A stretch of DNA of 64,000 nucleotides. It comes from Octopus sinensis. Lineage: Eukaryota. The translations under genes and the position numbers were made by a program. The notes under the pieces were generated by a model that did not search any database, was not told the DNA's origin, and worked only from the letters and a program-made list of their open reading frames with translations. Location of the stretch: the NCBI RefSeq assembly GCF_006345805.1, contig NC_042999.1:62620001-62684000 (forward strand), given 5' to 3'. Positions 54,287 through 64,000 of the stretch are shown piece after piece; the first letter of the stretch is position 1; each line of letters begins with the position of its first letter.

Positions 54287-54710
54287 AGGCAGCGAGCTGG
54301 CAGAAACATTAGCACGCAGGGCAAAATGCTTAGTGGTATTTTGTCTGCCACTACGTTCTGAGTTCAAATTCTGCTGAGGTTGACTTTGCCTTTCATCCTT
54401 TCAGGGTCAATAAATTAAGTACCAGTTACGCACCAGGGTCGATGTAATCAACTTAATCCGTTTGTCTGTCCTTGTTTGTCCCCTCTATATTTAGCCCCTT
54501 GTGAGCAATAAAGAAATAAGAAACGTTAGCACACTGGGCAAAATGCTTAGTGGTATTTCGTCTGCCACTACGTTCTGAGTTCAAATTCCGCCTAGGTTGA
54601 CTTTGCCTTTTAAGTACCAGTTACGCACCGGGGTCAATGTAATCGACTTAATCCGTTTTTCTGTCCTTGTTTGTCCCCTCTATGTTTAGCCCCTTGTGGG
54701 CAAAGAAATA
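54287..54710 (+). mobile_element. tandem dimer of SINE family A inside a family C element
   Basis: Two head-to-tail units; flanking repeat AGGAACT(A/G)ACAAACCAGA. Confidence 0.85.
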
Positions 54711-55714
54711 AGGAACTGACAAACCAGAGGACTGCAACAAGCTCCACTGTCTACTTGGCCTGATTTTTACGGCTGGATGCGCTTCCTAATGCCAACCACT
54801 TTACAGAGTGGACTGGTGCTTTTTAGGAGCACTAGCAAAATCTGTTTTGGCATGGTTACAGCTGGATGCCCTTCCAAACACCAACTACTTTGCAGTCTGG
54901 CACCAACATTGGCAAGGTCATATACATACACACGTACATATATAAAAATTAACTTTACAAATGTCACATCATACTCACTCATAACCCCAACTCAAAATGA
55001 AAGATGTTAAATTATGTGAAGATTACATTTCTTTATTTAATATATCAGCCAACAAAATGCAGCTACCAGCTGCCTCCCATACATGAGTAATGTACATACA
55101 GAGCAAAAAAACATTGTAACTGAGAATAAAAGATATTAAAATAGTGATAGTAATAATTAAATTGTTAATATAATAATAATAATAATTCTTTTATATCATA
55201 AGTTTTACTTAGAGGCTTGTTTTATATAAATTGGAAACTAGAAATTTTGAAAGCCACTACTATATCATACTTGTGAATTAGTTAATAAGTTATAATTAGG
55301 AGCAAAGTAAAAGAAAAGAAAAAGATTAAGAAAATGTTTGCATTTTCAAAGCAACTAATACCTTTGATTATGTATGTATATATATATAAATATATATATA
55401 TGTAAAAAAAAACAAAAAAAACATAGGCGAAGTTTTGAAACTGAAATGAAAATATAATTGTATATTAAAATCAGGGATTTTTTTTTTGCTTGTGTTGTAT
55501 TTTTGGGGGGTGTTTTTTCTTTATTTCTCATCTCAAACAATGAATATTATTTCAGTTTCTTCCAATTGCTTCTTGAGTACCAAAAGTACGACAAGAGTTA
55601 TCATAAAGAAAAGAAAACAATGCTACAAATTCTAATATCTTATTTTCAATATTTTCTTTCAAGTAAGGTCAAGGTTTAAAAGCTTCAAAAGAAGTCTGAA
55701 ATGAATTAAACCTC

Positions 55715-55726
55715 ACACACACACGC

Positions 55727-55780
<54 letters not shown>

Positions 55781-56490
55781 TATACATACATATACATCAT
55801 ATATATACATATACATATATATATACATATATATACCTATATATATATACCTATATATATATACCTATATGCATATACATACATTATACATCATATATAT
55901 ACATATACATATATATATATACATAATACATATACATATATATACATAATACATATACATATATATACATAATACATATACATATATATACATAATACAT
56001 ATACATATATATACATAATACATATACATATATATACATAATACATATACATATATATACATAATACATATACATATATATATATATACCTATATATATA
56101 TACCTATATATATACCTATATATATATATACCTATATATATATACCTATATATATATACCTATATATATACATATATATATACCTATATATATATACATT
56201 ATGTATATATACATAATATATATATATATATACATTATACATATATATACCTATATATATATATACATATACACACATATGCATACATTCACATGTATAT
56301 ACATATAAACACAAAAATTCACATTATATATATATACATGTATATACATATACACATACATTCACATATATATATATATACATGTATATACATATACACA
56401 TACATTCACATATATATATATATACATGTATATACATATACACACATACATTCGCATATATATATATATACATGAACATATACACACATA
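55715..56490. repeat. compound (TA)n/TACA microsatellite with a 22-bp period segment
   Basis: TACATATATATACATAATACATA-type repeats. Confidence 0.9.
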
Positions 56491-56582
56491 TAAGAATATA
56501 TAAGTTAAGACAAGTTTCATTAAAAAAAAAATATATATATATATAAAACAGCAAATAGAAGACAATAAAAGATAAGAGGCTA

Positions 56583-57041
56583 TCAATGACGCTTGGTCGA
56601 CCAATTATTTAAATCTTCAGTACTGAGAATCTCTTGCACTACTTTTTGCACATCATTGTTGTGTTTATCCAACAAGGTCTGGTTAAGCTCTCGATTAGCA
56701 AATCCCATCTCAATCAGTTTGGTCATAGGTGACTGAGGTTCACGCTGAAAGTGAGGTTTTGGCCATTGCTTCTGTCCATTGTATTCAGTGGCTTCTCGGC
56801 TTTTACTTGAATCTGTTTGGTCAGAGTGTTTTGAACAATTACCAATTAGACAAGTGACACAGTCTGTCTCATCAACACCAGTACCATTTCTGTTGCTGTT
56901 CACGTTAGTAGCATGCTTCTCACAACCAACAACACTACAAACAGGACAGTACTGTTCTTTGCCATCGTGCTTTCTGGTAGACGGAGACCAGGCAGAATTG
57001 GTTGCCATATTAGAGTGTCCTTGTTGAATTACACCATCAAC
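56583..57041 (-). CDS. NBR1: last exon of NBR1-like autophagy receptor (C-terminal UBA)
   Basis: tctctgcag acceptor; MTKLIEMGFANRELNQTLLDKHNNDVQKVVQEIL..NNWSTKRH* resembles the NBR1 C-terminal UBA (MGF.R..N..LL.KHN..W...R). Confidence 0.8.
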   Translation of the reverse strand, partial: VDGVIQQGHSNMATNSAWSPSTRKHDGKEQYCPVCSVVGCEKHATNVNSNRNGTGVDETDCVTCLIGNCSKHSDQTDSSKSREATEYNGQKQWPKPHFQREPQSPMTKLIEMGFANRELNQTLLDKHNNDVQKVVQEILSTEDLNNWSTKRH

Positions 57042-57164
57042 CTGCAGAGAAATAACAAAAATTAATAGCAAGATGTTTTGGGGTTTGTTTTTTTTTTTTG
57101 CCACATTTTATTTCTGACATTTCACTTATTTCCATTATTTAGAATGGACAGATAGGTATCCTCA

Positions 57165-57495
57165 TCTTCATCATTGTTTAACGTCCGCTTTCCATGCTAG
57201 CATGGGTTGGACAATTTGACTGAGGACTGGCAAACCAGATGGCTGCACCAGGCTCCAATCTTGATCTGGCAGAGTTTCTATAGCTGGATGCCCTTCCTAA
57301 TGCCAACCACTCCGAGAGTGTAGTGGGTGCTTTTACGTGCCACCAGCACAAAGGCCAGTCAGGCAGTACTGGCAACAGCCACGCTCAAATGGTATTTTTT
57401 ACGTGTCACCTGCACAGGAGCCAGTCCAGCGGAACTAGCAATGACCTCGCCCGAATGTTTTTTTACGTGCCACCAGCACAAGTGCCAGTAAGGCG
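57165..57495 (-). mobile_element. SINE family C
   Basis: Consensus match. Confidence 0.85.
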
Positions 57496-59058
57496 TAGCT
57501 TATAATTTTAAGCAAATGAAAGGTATGAAAAATTCTTGATTCTGTAATTTGATTATTTGACTATTAGTACATAAAGTATACAAGCGGCCCTCAAAAAACT
57601 TTCTGCAATTTAAAGTGAGCCACAATGTAATTCGAGTTGGCCAGGCCTGCTCTCAACACTACTAAAGCCTATATCCAGTCCATGAGCCCTATATTTGACA
57701 ACTTTAAACAATCACTACACCATGCACTATATATTTGAAAAGCAGCTTTTCTCTCAAACATATATTTTAAGAGATATGACTATATTTCAGATTTTAATAT
57801 TTCATGAAGAATTTTCTTAATTAGTTCTTCATTTTTCTCTGAAACAGCAAATTTCCTAGTTTGTTAATATTTTCAAGACATTGGAATACAAATATTCAAA
57901 TGATTATTGCCTAGAATAACAATATAACAATCATTTCTTCCAAAACATAAGTAGGTCTTGAAATGATGAAGGACCTACAATATTTTCTTTCTTCAATTTT
58001 TCTTTGAAAGGAGTGATAAAGAAATATGAAACATCTCTGATAACACCGAAATATAATGGTGGTTTCATACACACGAGAGATTGTATGTCATTATTTTGTA
58101 TCCATTTTTCTATTGCTTCACTTAGGGATGCGTATATATATTTATGTAAATTGAAGGAAAGAAGAAACAGTGATTATGTTGAATAGAGGAGACCTTTAAA
58201 TGCATCGGCAAATATTTCTCTAGTGCAATGCTCTGCAACCAATATGCCGTGGTGAACTGGTGGGCCACACTATAACCTGAATATAATTGTTTCCCCCTAT
58301 ACTTTTAGATATATTTTTAGTTCAGGTCTGCTGCCAAATTTTAAAATGTATATAAGTCTACCACAAATGCTCTAGTGCAACAAATATGCCTATTTTTTTT
58401 CTGTTGTTGTGTGTGAGATAGTAAAGGACTATGCCAACATGGAAAAATGGACATAAAATGTGATTATAAATCCATGTATATATTTGTTTACATATGATCA
58501 ATGTACATGATAATTGTTTCATCGTTTATATAGATAGATATGTCATGCATGATGAGTGTGTGTGAGTGATATAAAATAGATTTTGTAGTTTTAATAAGTT
58601 TTCTAGTTGTTTGTTAAAATACAGTATATTCCACACACATGTAGCTTTAACTCAAATCTTTAGGCAGAATCAGCATAACAATGAGTGGCAAGGCTGACCA
58701 TTTAAACCAGATTCAACACAGTTTTAGCCAGCCCATTTCATTCAAGATTTAGTTTGACCCAGAGTTATAGTAACTTAAGAGGCAGTTCATAACTGCGAAA
58801 GTGAATTTCTTTATCACTTCATCATAATTGCACCCATATGTGTGATGTGTGTATATCTGAATATTTATGTGTATGGATATGAGTGTCTGCACATACATAC
58901 ATGTATGTGTGTGTATATATATATATGTGTGTGTATATATATATATATATACATACACACACATAATGATGCATATGTTTATACATAAGAACTTGATCAT
59001 TACACTTTCTATTTTTGATGAAGAATTTAAAACGAGTTGAATAAAGAATAATACTTAC

Positions 59059-59170
59059 AGGCTTTGCTTGGAGAGAATAAAATGCATCTTTAGCAGTAGA
59101 ATATGCATGTACTACTTTTGATGCGACGTGTACTGCCATTGTGGTTAGTGGGTTGGGAAGAAAAATTGGG
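59059..59170 (-). CDS. NBR1: penultimate exon of NBR1-like gene (PIFLPNPLTTMAVHVASKVVHAYSTAKDAFYSLQAKP)
   Basis: ttattgcag acceptor, CCT/gtaagt donor, ends phase 0 in frame with 57041. Confidence 0.72.
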
Positions 59171-59766
59171 CTGCAATAATAGAGAGAATGAAACAACTTG
59201 CAAGATGTTGAATAACTCAAAAAAAAAAATAATAATAATAATCTTTTCTCCTATAGGCACAAGGCCTGAAATTTTTCAGGGAAGGTGCTAGTCATCAACC
59301 CCAGTATTCAACTAGTACTTAATTTATTGACCCTGAAAGGCAAAGTTGACCTCGGCAGAATTTAAAGACAGACAAAATGCTACTAAGCAAAATGACATCT
59401 CATTGCCTTAATAATAATAATAAATGTAAATCAGTAGAATAAGAGAAAACAAAGTTTGGTCTGATATGGTCACAGCTGTACGGTTGAAACCAATTAACAT
59501 ACTAAAAATACAGTCCTTTGTGGATTTGTAGACAATGAGAAAGAGAAAATAGAATTTGTAGTATGATGTTCTAGATTTATTCCCCACAAATTCTTTCAAC
59601 TTAGGCACAAGTTGGTGGGTTAGCAAATTACATCAACTCCAGTGCTCAATTGGTACATTATTTTATTGACCCTGAAAGGACAAAAGGCAAAGTTGTCCTC
59701 AGTGGCATTTGAACTCATGGATCTTCATAATGATTTCTAATTTAGGAACAAGACCAACATATAATA

Positions 59767-61310
59767 CAGTTCTATATTTAAGAGATGAAGAATTATGTAC
59801 ATTATTTACATTTCACAAGGATGGTATTCCATTAAGTCCTATAGTGAGCTGGAGAGGTTCATTCATGTAAGCCACTGAGCTGCTTCCTTGTGGATATAAT
59901 CACTCCATTAGCAGGAAAGTCAACATCATATGTGAAGTATTCCACCCACTTCACAGAATTGATCAAGGATACCCCCATTGAATCCAACCAGATGGTGAGT
60001 CTAGATGTGATAAGTCTCTTCACCAAAGTCCCAACTGGTGAAGCACTATCGGTGATTCAAGAAAAACTAGTGACAAATACCCATCTAAAAGAATGCACTA
60101 GTATACCAATAAGAAACTTGATGGAAATGTTGACCTTCTGTGTAGAAACTACTTCAGAACGGACACTGATATATATCAACAAGAGGAGGGTTTAGCAATG
60201 GGTTCGCCATTATCACTGATATTAGCCAATATATACATGGAATACTTTGAGAATTTGGCTTTAGGATCAACACCACTAAAACCAACACTATGGCTACGAT
60301 ATGTTGATGGCACCTTTATACACTGGCCCCACCAGGAAGATGTCCAAGTGCTGTTAGATCATGTGAACTCAATAAAGCCGTCCATACAGTTCACAATGGA
60401 AAAAGACAGTCAGATGGCATTCCTGGACGTATTAATAACATGCACCAAGTATGGTTTCAGGACATCTGTATACCGCAAGCCGACCTTTACTGGACGATAC
60501 CTCAACTTCAATTCCCACCATCCATACAGTGTAAAGAGAGGGATTGCTCAGTGCCTAAAACATCATGCAAAGAATATAAGTAGCGACTGTGATACACACC
60601 ACAAAGAAATGACCATGCTCAATAAGGATCTGTTAAACAACAACTACCCCTAAAGTATACTATCCACTCCAATTATAAAGAATAGAGAGGATGAGGCCAA
60701 TAAACTGTCCACAGTCTGTCTACCCAAAGTGGAAGGCCTCTCCGAAAAGATACAAAAGATATCTGGCCCATATGACATCAGGACAGTATTCAAGAGTAAT
60801 ACAACACTTCTCAGATATCTCCTTCGAGTAAAACCACCAAAAGAAGAGAATTCGACCAAAGCAAAACATGCTGCCCCCTCAAAATAAGGGCAGACGAACA
60901 TCGCAAAGCTGTGACACAAGGAGATATTGGTAAATCAGGTATAGCTGATCATGTATGGGAAAATGGAGACCACCTCCCCCTGTGGGATGAAGTTAAAATA
61001 ATAGCCAGAGAACACCACTGGAAACATCAACCTCCTAAGCAGACTGAGTGCGGATATGAGTAGTATATGGGAACTGGTATTAAGGAAAGAAAGGAAAATA
61101 GTAGTGGTTAAAAGTGCAAGATTCCAAGTTTGATTCCAAGCAGTGACCTAAATAATAATAATAATATCAAAAAATACCTTAGGAATGAGAACCCAGGTTC
61201 GAAATTTCCCCAAGACACCTGATGAAGGCCGGAGGGTGTATCAGCCGAAATGTTGTGTTAACAACAAACAAGATGACAAATATTTGTCAAATGTAAATAA
61301 TGTAAATAAG
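59767..61310 (+). mobile_element. decayed Penelope/Poseidon-type PLE with 5' inverted pLTR piece and 3' pLTR
   Basis: MVSLDVISLFTKVP, MGSPLS..ANIYMEYFE, WLRYVDGTF, IQFTME, VYRKPTFTGRYLNFNSHHP, EN remnant EHRKAV..KSGIADHVWE; 59767-59813 is the inverted pLTR end. Confidence 0.88.
61214..61259 (+). ncRNA. minimal hammerhead in PLE pLTR
   Basis: GACAC-CUGAUGA-A-GGC(C)G..CAGCC-GAAA-UGUU/GUGUU; loop-less stem III would require a dimer. Confidence 0.7.
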
Positions 61311-61776
61311 GCCAAAATATGTTAAGGAGTATCTGTTAGTCAGTACCTCTGACCCCAGTATTTGACTGGTACTTTATCTTATATGAACAAAATGCAAACT
61401 TGTTCACAGTAGGATTTGAACCCAGTAGGTAAAGAGCTGGAATAAATAACACAAAGCATTTTTCTGATACTCTTAACAATTTCGTCAATCCTTTGTATTC
61501 ATGTCTTAAAAATAGAAGTATAATAGCTCAAAAACGGGAAGTAGAAAACAGCTGACAGAGTTAGTTAGATGAAAAAAGAAAAACTTTCCTATCACATATT
61601 ATTGTTGAACTTAATTTGGTAGATATTATTTAACAGATCTGACATGCTGAAACAGATTGGACAGTTCAAAAGGATCTGACAAGTCAGAGGATCACATAGA
61701 GCTTCAATAGTTTCTATGCCTGGATACTTGTGTTTCTTTTTATGTTTAGTGATAGTGAAATAAAATTTTACATTAA

Positions 61777-62068
61777 CCCCTTACCCAACAATTATTTTGA
61801 AAATAAATGTTTTTTAATTGTTTTATTTTACTATGTTTTGAATGGTGATTTCGAGGTATATTTCAAACCTTATTTATTATGAATTTTAATTCAATAATAT
61901 TGATTTTAAATTACGGCATTGGGCAGAAACGAGTTAACCCGTTTTTAGACGAAGGAACTCGTTTGCTGTCGATTTTGGCAAGTCTATCTTTTGACGAGTT
62001 AACTGGCCAGAGATGGAAAAAAACGATTTCAGTCAAAACGCATATATTCGTTTCTGCCAGGTAAGGGG
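61777..62068. mobile_element. piggyBac-type MITE
   Basis: TTAA TSD, TIR CCCCTTACC / GGTAAGGGG. Confidence 0.8.
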
Positions 62069-62345
62069 TTAATCTGAGAGGTTACTCTATACTTCTGTAG
62101 AGTACATGTTTATTCTTAACAGTGACGAAGTTTCAGTCAGTTAACCCATCATTGGACTGCAGTCTGGTGATGGTTTCAACTGTCCGAAACTTCAAAGTCA
62201 CTGTCAACAATATTCCTTTTTTATGAACATATATATATATATATTGGCCTGCTCGCTTAGCCAGTGGCGTCATTTGAAGGCAAAACAATGCGAAGCACAT
62301 TGTGACCAGCGATGTGTAGCAACATCTGATAGCCTGGTCGGTCAT

Positions 62346-62414
<69 letters not shown>

Positions 62415-64000
62415 ATTCTTGAATCAAAAATCAAAGAGGACACTATATAAGTTAAAGATAACTGTAAACCAGTTATATTTTACATATTTGATGTTTTAAC
62501 AAGAAGACCCTGCTTTTTCTAATTCAACAAATCTGAGTTTCAGATGAGCTATTGAATTAGTGAAAGTAGAATTTCTTTGCTAAAACGTAACTAAACACAC
62601 ACACACTATGTTCTTTGACAAAGTATTTTAGATGGTCCAACACTACAAACTGGTTTTATTAGCCAGTTGAAAATATGACACATTTCTAATACACATAAGG
62701 AAAAATAATTATGATCATCATAAAACCAAATTTTTGCTCCAGCTTTAAGTTTTTGTAGTTAAGTGTGTGTGAGAGAGAAATTCACAGTTGGTTGTCAGGC
62801 AGCATCGCCAACAGTTTTCACCCCATCATTAGCACTGCATCTTTGCTCATGGTAAAAATACTCTGTACTATCAAGCTGCAGGTACTTGCCTATATAAACA
62901 GTTGCCATAAGGAACATGTTGCTTATCACTAGAAGCAGTAAAAATTTACATGTTTTGCCAGACAGACAAGTTTCCTGTTGTTCTGGGTAAAAGGCACAAC
63001 AAACAACTCTTGATGTGTTCTTTCACAAAACCCTTAAGATGTGCCTGCAGGGTATTCTGGTGATATCTCTAACTCAATGGGTGATGTATGCATGCCTGCT
63101 CATATATAGCATGGGAAAATGCAAGTAAAACAAATGTATATGTATAATTCACAAAGCTTTTGTGTATTGACTAGATGGTGCAGCATGAATTTCTCTGCAA
63201 AGTAAGCCAACAAGCAATGGCTGATTCTTAGTCCAAATCATTTTGGTAAAGGTGGTGGGAGTTAGGAGTGATAGAAACATTAGTATTACACACATTTCAA
63301 CCTGTTAAATTCTGCACAGGAAATAAAAGGCAACTGTAAATTAAGAAATGTGTAAAATAACATCTATTCTTTGTGCTTGTTAACCGAAAATATCAAATGT
63401 ATACAAAATTTCTTTGAAATGTAGACTTAAATAACAAAACAACTCAAATGAGTTTTTTTCCATTGTTTGGGAGAGACTTAAAATATAGCATTTAAAATAG
63501 CAAAATGAATTAGTTTGTGTCACCTAGAAACTTATATAGCAGCAATGACCATATGACAGACTTTTGAAATGTAACTAGAGTAACATTCTTTGTTGGTTAT
63601 GAATTTTTTTTTTTTTGAGAAATACAAATACCCTCTCATACACACACATACAGTGTAAGTACTATTACAATTTCTTCAAGTTTTCAAGAGTGATAATTTT
63701 TATCTATGTGGGTGGGCATGTATGTGCGTGTATTATCCCAGAAGTGCCATATGAGAATAATTAATGAATATATTTAACCATACGACCATTGCCAAAGTTG
63801 GAATATGGTTTGTATTATCAACACAACCTGCACAAGTCTCAACAGATGCAGCTCATGGCTGGATACTATACACACATACTTAAAAATCTAAATAAGAAAA
63901 CACTCATAAATAGATCTAACGTCCTCTGCAAAATTATTTATACACGATGTAGGAGGATACATTATGGAGGCTTTCTTAATGCAAACAATTTTTATAGCTT

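Overview
AT-rich, microsatellite- and SINE-saturated animal DNA; the repeat repertoire points to a coleoid cephalopod, most likely Octopus (inference). Two intron-rich host genes converge here. On + are the 3' exons of an unidentified gene (14518-14637, 26609-26828, 43535-43645), and on - are the last two exons of an NBR1-like UBA-domain autophagy receptor (59170-59059, 57041-56583). Recognisable transposons are two Penelope-like elements (PLEs; 11.26-13.32 kb with YLDD RT plus GIY-YIG, and 59.77-61.31 kb), a full-length decayed Buster/Charlie hAT with TIRs and TSD, R4/Dong-, RTE- and CR1-type LINE fragments, mariner/Tc1 fragments, TTAA MITEs and several SINE families. The most notable signal is a set of non-coding, (TA)n-anchored elements with PLE-style tandem/inverted architecture that carry minimal type I hammerhead ribozyme motifs with palindromic stem III: about 12 motifs from at least 7 sequence families, several with core variants. 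The best case is a 361-nt tandem unit at 9013-9749 bounded by two hammerheads, a candidate retrozyme/circular-RNA element. Two other families couple a hammerhead to a tRNA-like Pol III module. All RNA folds were derived by eye, so cleavage activity and expression are untested. Most ORFs in the supplied track are microsatellite or SINE artefacts.
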